From the NCBI GenBank assembly GCA_965247115.1, contig CBDFGR010000002.1, forward strand, positions 704,001 through 768,000: 64,000 nucleotides of DNA, read 5' to 3'. Below, piece by piece: positions 1 through 8,971 of the stretch; within the stretch, counting starts at the first letter, position 1; every line of letters begins with the position of its first letter. The notes under the pieces are model-generated. The model saw only the letters and a list, made by a program, of their open reading frames with translations. It was not told the DNA's origin and did no database searches. Made by a program: the position numbers and the translations under genes. The DNA comes from Myxococcota bacterium (lineage in GTDB: Bacteria > Myxococcota_A > UBA9160 > SZUA-336).

Positions 1-851
1 TCGGCCTCCTCGATTCCAGGCAGGCCGGCCAGGGCGTGGAACTCCGAGGCCATGGCCACGTAGGCGTCGGTCTCGGCGATGACCGCCGGCTTGCAGGCGA
101 AGGCATCGCGCACCACGGCGAACTCGGTCTCGGTGGCGACGAGAAGGGTGAAGAAGCCATCGAGGGTGTCCATTAGCTGTCCCAGCGCCCCACCGAGGTC
201 TGCGCCGTGGGCCGTCTCGTAGGCGAGGTAGTTCGCCGCGACCTCGGAGTCGTTGTCTGTGACGAAGGTGACCCCGGCGTCGATCAGGCGGCGCCGCACC
301 GTAGCGTAGTTGGAGAAGGAGCCATTGTGGACGAGACACAGATCGGCTCCCGCGGCAAAGGGGTGAGAGTGGGTAGTCGCGACCGCCGACTCGGTGGCCA
401 TTCTCGTGTGCCCCAGCCCCTGGTATCCAGACCGCGACGCGATGTCGTACCGGTCGCAGATGGCCGCCGGATGACCGACGTCCTTGTAGACCTCGACGGC
501 GCGACCGTAGGACACCACGCGGATGGTGGGGAACGACCCGGCGAGAGACTTCTCGACGAGCTCGGGCTCGGCGTCTAGCGCGAGTACCGCGTCGCCGGCG
601 ACGCGGCGGACCTGTACCGTCGTCCCCAGCTCAGAACCCAGACCCTCGCCGAGGGCGTCCCAGTCGTAGCCGGGCCCCGGCGCGCACACCGACCACCGCA
701 GCATCCCTTCGGGCAGGCTGTCTTCGTAGAGGCCGATGCCGGCGGAGTCCGGTCCGCGGGAGCTCATCGCCGCCAGCATGGGCGTGAGCAGCTCACCCAG
801 CCGCGAGTGAAGCACCTCGTCTCGAAGATGGAGCCCGACAATGCCGCACAT
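1..851 (-). CDS. Class II glutamine amidotransferase, GlxB/MgsA-like (runs off the window's left edge)
   Basis: Absent from the ORF track. The reverse complement from ATG at 851 reads MCGIVGLHLRDEVLHSRLGELLTPMLAAMSSRGPDSAG, with an N-terminal nucleophile Cys, the RGPDS motif, later GHTRMATES and HNG, and a GGAG RBS upstream. Confidence 0.85.
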   Translation of the reverse strand, partial: MCGIVGLHLRDEVLHSRLGELLTPMLAAMSSRGPDSAGIGLYEDSLPEGMLRWSVCAPGPGYDWDALGEGLGSELGTTVQVRRVAGDAVLALDAEPELVEKSLAGSFPTIRVVSYGRAVEVYKDVGHPAAICDRYDIASRSGYQGLGHTRMATESAVATTHSHPFAAGADLCLVHNGSFSNYATVRRRLIDAGVTFVTDNDSEVAANYLAYETAHGADLGGALGQLMDTLDGFFTLLVATETEFAVVRDAFACKPAVIAETDAYVAMASEFHALAGLPGIEEA

Positions 852-905
852 GTTGCTCCCCCCGACGCCTTCTCGGTCATGCCGCTGGTGGCTGGGTTCA
901 CTCAT

Positions 906-913
906 AGTATACT
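906..913. promoter_or_regulatory. Palindromic AGTATACT giving a TATACT -10 element on both strands between divergent genes
   Basis: Lies in the AT-richer part of the 852-981 divergent intergenic region. Confidence 0.4.
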
Positions 914-981
914 GCGTTTCACGCTAGGCAACATCCTCGGGGCGCCGACAAGTCGCGCCACCGCCGGAAGGAAGGGAAAAC

Positions 982-2334
982 GTGTCCGCACACTCCGCGC
1001 TCAAGGAGCAGGTCGAACGCGACGGGATCGAGTACTTCTTTGCGATGTTCGTCGACATGCACGGCAGGCAATGCGCCAAGCTCGTGCCAAAGGATTCGTT
1101 CGACGTGCTGATGAACGACGGGGTCGGGTTCGCCGGTTTCGCAGCAGGCCCGATGGGACAGAGCCCGGCTGACCCGGACATGATCGCGATTCCCGATCCG
1201 GCTTCGTACACACCGGCCCCGTGGCAACCCGGGCTGGCGGTCTTCCAGTGCGACCTCCAGGTGAACGGCAAGGACTGGCCCTACGCCCCGCGACGCATTC
1301 TGAAGCAACAGCTCGCCAGGGTCGCCGAGCGGGGCCTCGTCTTCAAAGCGGGCCTCGAGGCCGAGTACTTCCTCGTGCGGCGCAACGACGATGGCTCGAT
1401 CTCGGTGGCCGATCCTCTCGACGTCGCAGCCCAGCCCTGCTACGACGCCAAGGGCCTCACCAGAATGTATGACCACCTCACCACCGTGTCGTCGTACATG
1501 AACCGACTCGGGTGGGGCAACTACGCCAACGACCATGAGGACGCCAACGGCCAGTTCGAGCAGAACTTCACGTACTCGGATGCCCTGACAACGGCCGACC
1601 GGCTGGTCTTCTTCCGCTACATGGTCCACACGATCGCGCAGCAGAGCGGCCTACTGGCGACCTTCATGCCCAAGGCGTTCTCCAATCTCACAGGGAACGG
1701 ACTCCACGTGCATTCATCGCTGTGGTCGGAGAGCGGGGAAGAGCTCTTTCGCGACGAGTCCGATCTCCGCGGCCTGGGGCTATCCAAGCTGGCCTACGCC
1801 TTCATGGGCGGGATCCTCGACCACGCTGCGGCGCTGTGCGCCATCACGGCGCCCACCGTTAACTCCTACAAGCGGATGGGGGTGGGCCCTCCGACCTCCG
1901 GGGCGACCTGGGCCCCGGCGTACATCAGCTACGGGGGCAACAATCGCACCCAGATGCTGAGGGTGCCCGAGCCGGGCCGGATGGAGAACCGCAGCGTCGA
2001 CGGCTCGGCCAACCCCTACCTGGCGCTGGCAGTGCTCGCTGCCGCCGGAATGGATGGCATCGACCGCGATCTCGACCCCGGGGATCCGAACGAAGACAAC
2101 CTCTACGCGCTCCCCGTGTCCGAAGCGGCACAGCGCGGGATCAAGATGATGCCTAGCACTCTGGTGCACGCGCTAGATGCGCTGTCGACAGACGACATCG
2201 TCAAGGCCGCACTGGGCGAGGTCCCCGGCGGCAGGTACGCCGACTACTACATCGACGTGAAGCGTGCCGAGTGGAGCGAGTACCACTCCCAGGTGACGAG
2301 CTGGGAGACCGATCGCTACCTGACCCTGTTCTGA
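982..2334 (+). CDS. glnT: Type III (GlnT-like) glutamine synthetase family ligase, probable gamma-glutamylmethylamide synthetase
   Basis: GS motifs GVGFAGFA, NDHEDANGQFEQNF, ATFMPK, NGLHVH, NSYKR and NNRTQMLR; glxB-like neighbour. Confidence 0.8.
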   Translation: MSAHSALKEQVERDGIEYFFAMFVDMHGRQCAKLVPKDSFDVLMNDGVGFAGFAAGPMGQSPADPDMIAIPDPASYTPAPWQPGLAVFQCDLQVNGKDWPYAPRRILKQQLARVAERGLVFKAGLEAEYFLVRRNDDGSISVADPLDVAAQPCYDAKGLTRMYDHLTTVSSYMNRLGWGNYANDHEDANGQFEQNFTYSDALTTADRLVFFRYMVHTIAQQSGLLATFMPKAFSNLTGNGLHVHSSLWSESGEELFRDESDLRGLGLSKLAYAFMGGILDHAAALCAITAPTVNSYKRMGVGPPTSGATWAPAYISYGGNNRTQMLRVPEPGRMENRSVDGSANPYLALAVLAAAGMDGIDRDLDPGDPNEDNLYALPVSEAAQRGIKMMPSTLVHALDALSTDDIVKAALGEVPGGRYADYYIDVKRAEWSEYHSQVTSWETDRYLTLF

Positions 2335-2340
2335 AGCGTC

Positions 2341-2958
2341 GTGACTGAGAAGGAGCGATCCGTCAGCGCCGAGCGCGTCCAGCGCATGCTCGGCGCCACC
2401 ATTGCGCAGTGCGTGCGCGAATACCGTCTGGGGCTCGGTCTGACGATCACCCAGCTCTCCGAACGCGCCAGTCTCTCGAAGGGGATGCTCTCCAAGATCG
2501 AGAATGCCCAGACCTCGCCGAGCCTGGCGACGCTGGCCGCGGTGGCCGCTGCGCTGGGAGTTCCCGTGACCGCCCTCTTCCGGGGTCTGGAGGAAGAACA
2601 CGACGCCATCTACGTGCCGGCCGGCCAGGGCATCGACATCGAGCACCAGAGCGAGGACCGCCCGGCCGGCCACCGCTCCCAGATGCTCGGCACCATGCGA
2701 GGCCCCCACCGACTCCTCGAGCCCGTACTGGTCATGCTGACTCAGCCCACCGAGGTATTCCCGCTCTACCAGCACCCCGGCGTCGAGTTCCTCTACGTGC
2801 TCCAGGGCAAGATGGAGTACGGGGCTGGCACATCCCGCTACATCCTGGGACGCGGAGACAGCCTCCAGTTCGAAGGCGAAGTCCCTCACGGCCCGACGGC
2901 GCTGCTCGAGCTGCCGATCCGCTTTCTATCCATGAAGGGCTACGGGTCGGTCGGTTAG
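2341..2958 (+). CDS. XRE-family HTH regulator with C-terminal cupin
   Basis: LSKGMLSKIENAQTSPSL HTH and HPGVEFLYVLQG cupin motif. Confidence 0.9.
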   Translation: MTEKERSVSAERVQRMLGATIAQCVREYRLGLGLTITQLSERASLSKGMLSKIENAQTSPSLATLAAVAAALGVPVTALFRGLEEEHDAIYVPAGQGIDIEHQSEDRPAGHRSQMLGTMRGPHRLLEPVLVMLTQPTEVFPLYQHPGVEFLYVLQGKMEYGAGTSRYILGRGDSLQFEGEVPHGPTALLELPIRFLSMKGYGSVG

Positions 2959-4229
2959 CGGATCCAGTTGATCGCGACGAGAATGACCAGCGCGTTGCTG
3001 AAGTCGAGGAAGAACCCCCCCACCACCGATACGCTCAAGAAAGGTTGAAACACCCTTCCGTGTCGTCTTGCGATCGCTTCCATCGCGGCCAGGGCGTTCG
3101 GAGTGGCTCCCAACGCAATTCCGCAATGTCCCGCGGAGATCATCGCGGCGTCGTAGTCGCGCCCGGCCCATCGATAGGTCACGACGGCGACGAACGCGAT
3201 CGCAAGCGCGACCTGTGCCAGAAGGAGGACACCGATCACGGACACGACCTCGGACAGCGCGGCAAAGGAGGTGTCCATCAGCGCCAGCACCAGAAAAATC
3301 CCGATCGAGAGTGAGCGGACGGGTTTCAGTGGTTCTTCGATTGCAGTGAAACGAAGCGAGTCGAGGAGATTCCGGATGATCGCGCCCACGATCATCGAGC
3401 CCATATAGATCGGGAACACCAATCCCGCCTGCACGAGCGCGTGGCTGAGCCACGCCCCGACCTTGAAGCAAAGCATCAGGATGAGGATCAGCGCGATCGT
3501 CCCGACTCGCTCGCGGTAGAGGGCGGAGAGATCGCGAAAGAAACTCCCCCCACTGGGTGCGAGGCGTGTGGCGGACACGGACTCGGGACTCGGCTTCACT
3601 CGGTAGCGCCGGATGAGAAAAGAACCGACCGGACCTGCGACGACGCCCCCGATCACAAGTCCAAAGGTGGCGGCGACGAAGCCAATCGCGCGAGCATCGG
3701 GAAGACCCGCTGCGGTGAGGAGCTCCGCAAAGCCCGCGGTGGTCCCGTGGCCCCCGGTCATGGAAACGGGTCCACACGCGAGCCCGAGCGCCGCGGGCTG
3801 CCCGGCCGAGATGGCGCCTGCAATCCCGACGACGGCCTGCGCGGCGGCCAGCACCGAGGACGCGGCGAAGAGGCCGAGGCCCGCGCGACCGCTCGAGCGG
3901 ATTGCAGAGACACTGCAGCCGAGACCCACCGACGTGAAGAACGCGATCAGAAAGGGTTGATCGAGCTCGAGCGGAGGACTCTCTTCCGAGGCTGAGAACA
4001 GTACGCGCCAGAGATCGCCACCGAGGGCCCCGTCGAAGTGGATGTCGAACGAGAAGAGCGAGGCCAGCAGCGAGACCACAGCAGACGCCAGCAGGCCGCC
4101 CGTCACCGGCCGTGGGATGCACAGCTCCCGCAGGATCGCGATCCGCGCGGTCAGCCAATCGCCGGCGAGCAGGGCGAAGAGGGCGCAAAGCAGGAAGAGC
4201 GGGCTCGCAAGCCTAAGCTCCGCCTCCAC
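2955..4229 (-). CDS. gltS: Sodium/glutamate symporter
   Basis: IPRPVTGG, GGHGT, DYDAA and GATPNA motifs; many TM segments. Confidence 0.88.
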   Translation of the reverse strand: MEAELRLASPLFLLCALFALLAGDWLTARIAILRELCIPRPVTGGLLASAVVSLLASLFSFDIHFDGALGGDLWRVLFSASEESPPLELDQPFLIAFFTSVGLGCSVSAIRSSGRAGLGLFAASSVLAAAQAVVGIAGAISAGQPAALGLACGPVSMTGGHGTTAGFAELLTAAGLPDARAIGFVAATFGLVIGGVVAGPVGSFLIRRYRVKPSPESVSATRLAPSGGSFFRDLSALYRERVGTIALILILMLCFKVGAWLSHALVQAGLVFPIYMGSMIVGAIIRNLLDSLRFTAIEEPLKPVRSLSIGIFLVLALMDTSFAALSEVVSVIGVLLLAQVALAIAFVAVVTYRWAGRDYDAAMISAGHCGIALGATPNALAAMEAIARRHGRVFQPFLSVSVVGGFFLDFSNALVILVAINWIR

Positions 4230-5085
4230 GGCCCCCGTCCCCGGCTACGAGGTAGCTCTCCAGGTAGCTCGAGCGTTCGCCGCTCCGCGCCCACAGCACC
4301 GGAAAGAACGCTTCGTCCATGGTGCAGTCACCCGGGCGTTGGTAGCGACTGTAGACCGGTCCCTTATTTTCGGGATGAAAGTGAGCCGCCGAGGACATGC
4401 AGTGCGCGACCACCGAACGCCGCTCGTGCGCCCCGCCGTTCGCCGAGGAACCGTGCCAGGTGCGCCCGTGGTGAAAGGCCCCGCCGCCAGCTGGCACCAC
4501 CACCGGAACGATCTCCGGCGCGACTCCCTGGCGCGCAGCCGCCTCGCGCATTTCGCGCTGCGGGTCCTCGGGCGCGTGAAACTGATCGATCATCTGTGCC
4601 AGCGGCCAGGCGTGGGAACCGCGCACGTACTCGAGGCTCCCCCTGTCGGCCGCCGTGTCGTCGAGCGCGATCCAGCAGCTCGCCATCGCCGGCGGAACTA
4701 CCCACGATTGGTAGCTCTCGTCCTGGTGGAAGCCGAGGGCTCTTCCGTGCGGCGGTTTCCAGAGCACGTTGTCCTGGTTGATCCGCGCGCCAGGCCAGTT
4801 CATCAGCAGAGCGCAAGCGCGCCCGATATCCTCGCGCAACACGACTCGCGCGATCTCCCGATCCGCCTTCCAGCCGTTGCAGATCTGGCGGGTCAGCTCG
4901 GGCGGGTCGCGACCCTCGCGCCAATTCCATTCATCGGGCTGAATCCCGGTCCCGAACTCCCCCCGGAAAAGCGGCGCGAAGCGCGCCACTATCCGCGCGA
5001 CGGTATCCGAGTCGAGGATCCCTTCGACGACCACGAAGCCATCCCGGCGAAAACGCGCGATCGCGTCCTGCGAAAGCGAGATCAC
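4213..5085 (-). CDS. Phytanoyl-CoA dioxygenase (PhyH) family 2OG-Fe(II) oxygenase
   Basis: FRRDGF, HQD, WIALDD, GSH and HGS motifs. Confidence 0.88.
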   Translation of the reverse strand: MISLSQDAIARFRRDGFVVVEGILDSDTVARIVARFAPLFRGEFGTGIQPDEWNWREGRDPPELTRQICNGWKADREIARVVLREDIGRACALLMNWPGARINQDNVLWKPPHGRALGFHQDESYQSWVVPPAMASCWIALDDTAADRGSLEYVRGSHAWPLAQMIDQFHAPEDPQREMREAAARQGVAPEIVPVVVPAGGGAFHHGRTWHGSSANGGAHERRSVVAHCMSSAAHFHPENKGPVYSRYQRPGDCTMDEAFFPVLWARSGERSSYLESYLVAGDGGRGGGA

Positions 5086-5100
5086 CTGCGCCGCCGCACG

Positions 5101-5328
5101 TCAGAGATCCGCGTCGTTCTCAATCGCCTGGGCGAGTGCGTCGCCATCCCCGAGCTCGCGCTCTCGGTCGGCGTACTCGCGGGATTCGGAGCGAATCTGC
5201 CAGATCACGAAGAGCGTCCAAAGCGCAAAGCAGAGCACGAAGAGCGCGACTTCCCAGCCGACGAAGGGATAGAGGGGCCCGATTTGCGTTGGGTCACCGA
5301 ACCAGCTCGAAACAAGACCTGTCTGCAC
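5101..5328 (-). CDS. Small single-TM membrane protein (75 aa) downstream of the Amt gene
   Basis: GTG at 5328 with GAGGAG RBS; reads MQTGLVSSWFGDPTQIGPLYPFVGWEVALFVLCFALWTLFVIWQIRSE..., the real end of spurious ORF 5101..6351. Confidence 0.7.
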   Translation of the reverse strand: MQTGLVSSWFGDPTQIGPLYPFVGWEVALFVLCFALWTLFVIWQIRSESREYADRERELGDGDALAQAIENDADL

Positions 5329-5354
5329 AAACGTCTCCTCACCGCCTCGCGCGC

Positions 5355-6743
5355 CTAGCTGCGGGCGGCTCGCTGCTCTGCCTCTACGACGGCGCGACGA
5401 TCCCGGGCCACCTCGGCGGCGACGCTTGAATCGAGACCCGCCAATTCGACCGCGTGCGGGATCCGGAGCAACCCTGCGCGCTTGAGTACGAAGCCGAGGC
5501 CGAAGCAGGGCAAGAAGCCGAGCCCGAAGAACATGATCAGGGCGCCCGCCACCTGCCCCCACGGCGAGATTGCAGCGTAGCCCGCGGTCGGCGAGCTCGG
5601 ATACCCCCACAACACGAACCCCGCGACGACAACACCGATTGTTCCCGCATAGCCGTGCACGGCGACCGCGCCCACCGCGTCGTCGATTCCGAAGCGTCGC
5701 TCGACCCAGTAGTGGAGGCGGTAGGCGCATACGCTGCCGCCCGCACCGATCAGCGCCGCTTGCAGCGGGTGATAGAGATCGTTCCCGGCCGACGCGGTGA
5801 TGATTCCGGCGAGTCCGCCGGAGAAGGTCCAAAAGGGATCGCCCTTCGACGCGAAATAGCCGCCGAGCATGCCGCCGGCCAACGAGAGCAGAAAGTTCAG
5901 GGTGACGGCGCTCAGTGTGGTCGGGGTGAGGTAGATCGTGGTGGCAGAGAAGAAGGGCTCGCCGTCGGCAGGTGCCACATTCACGATCGGAACGTTGCAG
6001 GCGGCGTAGAAGCCCCAAAAGCCGGTGTAGATCAGGAAGAGGCCGATTATGACCAACCAGGTGTTGTGCGCTGGGAAGGGTCTCGGCTGGCCGTCTGCGC
6101 CAAAGCGGCCGATGCGGGGTCCGAGATGGATCAAGATCGCCAGCGCGGAGCCGCCGGCGAGTCCGTGGATCACGCCCGACGCATAGGCGTCGTGATAGCC
6201 GAGCACTTGAACCATCCACCCGGTATCCGACCATCCCCACGCAGCGTCGATGACCCAGGTCAGCGAACCGACCAGAACAGCGAAGAGCCAGAAGGCGCCC
6301 GAACGAATTCGTTCGATCACCGCGCCCGAGACCACCGAGGCGGCGGTCCACGAGAACAACAGAAAAGCGGCCCAGAACACCCCGTTGAGGCGCGCCCAGC
6401 TCATGTCAGCGGCGCTGAGGGTGTCCCGGTAGGGCGCGCCGCCCATGTGCGCGCCCATCATTTCACTCCACGGCGTCGCCCAGGGCGCGGCTTTCAACCC
6501 GCCCGTAAACCCCGGGCCGTTTTGAAAGGCGAAGTAGATCCACCAGCCAAAAAAGAAAAAAGTGACCGTGACGGCCGGGATCAACATCGCGTTCTTCATC
6601 AGCGCATGGAGCATGTTCTTCCGCCGCGATACCCCGACCTCGTAGAGGCAGAATCCGACGTGGATCAGGAACATCATGACGACCGTGACCCAGTAGTAGA
6701 ACTCGGTGAAGATCGTGCTGAGCGCGCCGAGCTCCTGGTTCAA
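5355..6743 (-). CDS. Amt-family ammonium/methylammonium transporter, atypical
   Basis: SGAVIER, LGPRIGRF, IDDAVGAVAVHG and twin His. TTG start at 6743 overlaps the GntR stop and follows a GGAGAG RBS. Confidence 0.88.
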   Translation of the reverse strand: MNQELGALSTIFTEFYYWVTVVMMFLIHVGFCLYEVGVSRRKNMLHALMKNAMLIPAVTVTFFFFGWWIYFAFQNGPGFTGGLKAAPWATPWSEMMGAHMGGAPYRDTLSAADMSWARLNGVFWAAFLLFSWTAASVVSGAVIERIRSGAFWLFAVLVGSLTWVIDAAWGWSDTGWMVQVLGYHDAYASGVIHGLAGGSALAILIHLGPRIGRFGADGQPRPFPAHNTWLVIIGLFLIYTGFWGFYAACNVPIVNVAPADGEPFFSATTIYLTPTTLSAVTLNFLLSLAGGMLGGYFASKGDPFWTFSGGLAGIITASAGNDLYHPLQAALIGAGGSVCAYRLHYWVERRFGIDDAVGAVAVHGYAGTIGVVVAGFVLWGYPSSPTAGYAAISPWGQVAGALIMFFGLGFLPCFGLGFVLKRAGLLRIPHAVELAGLDSSVAAEVARDRRAVVEAEQRAARS

Positions 6744-7438
6744 TGGGCTCTCTCCAGGGGCACGCCGTCTTGCGAGACACGCGCGCTCGAGTCGCCGCGC
6801 GCGCCGACCAGATCGCGGCGGGCCCGTTCCAGATGCGCCTCGAGGACGCGGGCTGCCGCCGCAGCGTCTCGGCTTCGGAGGGCCTCGTGGAGCTGGCGGT
6901 GCTCGAGATTGTAGGCGGCGATCCGTTCCCGGGTGAGGATCTTGTCCTTCATGCGGTTCCACTGGTCGTGGCTGCGGATGTCGTTGATGTGGTGGTAGAG
7001 CCAGATCATCAGCGGGTTGTGCGTGCACTCGACGACGCAGAGATGAAAGTGCTCGTCGGCACGGGAAAAGGCCTCTCGATCGCTGCTGGCCGCCTCGAGG
7101 TCTTCGAGCGCGGCGCGCAGCTGCGCGAGATCGCGCGCTGTGGCGTTCGCCACCGCCAGCTGGGCTGCCCGCGGCTCAAGGGTGAGGCGGACCTCGATCA
7201 GCTCGAGGGGACTCGTCCGCTCGGCAATGGGATCGGGCGGAGTGAGTGTCACGAAGGTTCCACTCCCGATCCGGCGACTCACGAGCCCCAGCGCGTCGAG
7301 CCGTCGCAGCACCTCTCGGACCGAGCCCCGCGATGCCCCCCAGTGACTCGCGAGCTCGCGCTCCGGCGGCAGACGCTCACCCGGCGCGTAGCGACCCTCG
7401 AGGATGGCCGACGTGAGCCGCGCCGCAATCTGGTCCAC
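6740..7438 (-). CDS. GntR/FadR-family regulator with FCD domain
   Basis: PGERLPPERELA..SRGSVRE..GSGTFV; DEHFH and HNP motifs. Confidence 0.9.
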   Translation of the reverse strand: MDQIAARLTSAILEGRYAPGERLPPERELASHWGASRGSVREVLRRLDALGLVSRRIGSGTFVTLTPPDPIAERTSPLELIEVRLTLEPRAAQLAVANATARDLAQLRAALEDLEAASSDREAFSRADEHFHLCVVECTHNPLMIWLYHHINDIRSHDQWNRMKDKILTRERIAAYNLEHRQLHEALRSRDAAAAARVLEAHLERARRDLVGARGDSSARVSQDGVPLERAH

Positions 7439-7528
7439 CCCGCGCGGTGGCGCCGTTGGCAGATCAATACGCGGCAGATTCCCGTCGTGTGACTGAGCCA
7501 GTTTCGAACCTTTCAGCCCAAATCGGTT

Positions 7529-7566
7529 TACTTATGGTCCGAGCTGTGTACTTATGGTCCGAACTA
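7529..7566. promoter_or_regulatory. Tandem candidate operator boxes TACTTATGGTCCGA (20-bp period)
   Basis: Exact 14-bp direct repeat at 7529-7542 and 7549-7562. The second extends into the imperfect palindrome ATGGTCCGAACTAT. Sits between the divergent GntR gene and the catabolic operon. Confidence 0.6.
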
Positions 7567-7615
7567 TGTTCGACTCGAGACCCTCTCGTCAAGACAAAGC
7601 GCGGGGGCGAGCAGA

Positions 7616-8956
7616 CTGAGCCTTCCGAGCCACACCGAGTTTCTGATCATCGGGGCCGGCATCCACGGGCTCTCGACGGCCTGGCACCTAGCCGAGGAAC
7701 TTCGGGCAAAGGGGCGTGCGGGCAGCGAGATTCTCGTGATCGACAAGGGCGGTATTGCTGCCGGCGCCAGCGGCATCGCCTGCGGCGTCATCCGCAACAA
7801 CTACTACCAGCCGGCGATGCGCGAGCTGATCGCTCACTCCGTCGCCACCTGGGAAAGCGACCCGGCGGCCTTCAGCTATCACCCCGTCGGCTACCTGCAG
7901 ATCAGTCCCGAGGCAATGGGCGAAGACGTCGCTCAGATTCACCAAGAGCAGCGTGCGATCGGCTACCCGTCCGACTTCATCGGGGGCGAAGCCGAGTCTG
8001 CGGCCTATCTAAAAGGTCTCTTCCACGACTGGCAGGCACGCGGCATCACCTCGGTCCTTCACGAGAAGAAGGGAGGGTTCGCGAACAACACCGCGAGTAT
8101 TTACGGAATCGCGACCAAAGCCGAAGCGCTCGGCATTCGCATTGCCACCGGGACCTGCGTCACCGGCTTTGAGTTCGATACTCGTTCGCCCTGTGTGACC
8201 GCGATCGAGACGAATCGCGGTCGGATCGACTGCGGGCAGGTCATCGTCGCCGTCGGGCCCTGGATCTGCCAGCTATGGGATCTCCTGGAGCTGCCACGGG
8301 CGATCTCGATCCGTGGTAGCGACGGGCTCTTGCACGACGACATACCGATGTGGCGCTACCTGGCGCTCGAAGAGGGGACGCTCGGCGTCGACCCGGACCT
8401 TCAACGCACCAACGACGGCGGTGCGGCACCGGTTGTGCACGTCGATACCGACGCGCCACTCTACTCCGACGTCGACGGCTCGCTCGTGACCGACGAGCCG
8501 TGGGGCATCTATTACAAGCCCGATCGCAACTTCGGCGGGATACAGGGCGGCTCGATGCCCTACGTGGTCGATAAGCCCGCCGAGCACGTCAGCATCGACC
8601 CCTACGGGCCCGCCAGCCCCGAATTCGTGGTCGATGAGAGCTTCGCCCACAAGTGGTGCTCTGCCCTGGCCTTCTGTCAGAAGCGTTTCGTCGGGTTGAG
8701 CGATCGCTACAAGAACGAGCCTTCCGGCGGCCTCGGCTGTTTTACGCCCGACAGCTTCCCGGTCTTCGATCGTTTCCGCGAGAACGTCACGGTCATCGCC
8801 GACTCGAACCACGGCTACAAGCTGATCGGCGTCGGCAAGCTCGTCGCCGGCGAGATCCTCGGGGAGCCGAGCGCCCTGCTCGAGCCCTTCCGTTTCTCCC
8901 GTTACGCGACGGGGGAGCTCCACCCCACTTCCAACAGCCCATTCCCCTGGAGCTGA
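7616..8956 (+). CDS. FAD-dependent oxidoreductase (DAO / sarcosine oxidase beta / MgdA-like), probable N-methylglutamate dehydrogenase flavoprotein
   Basis: The frame extends upstream of the ORF-track start (7736) to include the Rossmann motif FLIIGAGIHGLSTAWHL. Probable CTG start at 7616. Confidence 0.8.
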   Translation: MSLPSHTEFLIIGAGIHGLSTAWHLAEELRAKGRAGSEILVIDKGGIAAGASGIACGVIRNNYYQPAMRELIAHSVATWESDPAAFSYHPVGYLQISPEAMGEDVAQIHQEQRAIGYPSDFIGGEAESAAYLKGLFHDWQARGITSVLHEKKGGFANNTASIYGIATKAEALGIRIATGTCVTGFEFDTRSPCVTAIETNRGRIDCGQVIVAVGPWICQLWDLLELPRAISIRGSDGLLHDDIPMWRYLALEEGTLGVDPDLQRTNDGGAAPVVHVDTDAPLYSDVDGSLVTDEPWGIYYKPDRNFGGIQGGSMPYVVDKPAEHVSIDPYGPASPEFVVDESFAHKWCSALAFCQKRFVGLSDRYKNEPSGGLGCFTPDSFPVFDRFRENVTVIADSNHGYKLIGVGKLVAGEILGEPSALLEPFRFSRYATGELHPTSNSPFPWS

Positions 8957-8971
8957 ACCGCAGAGGCTGGA

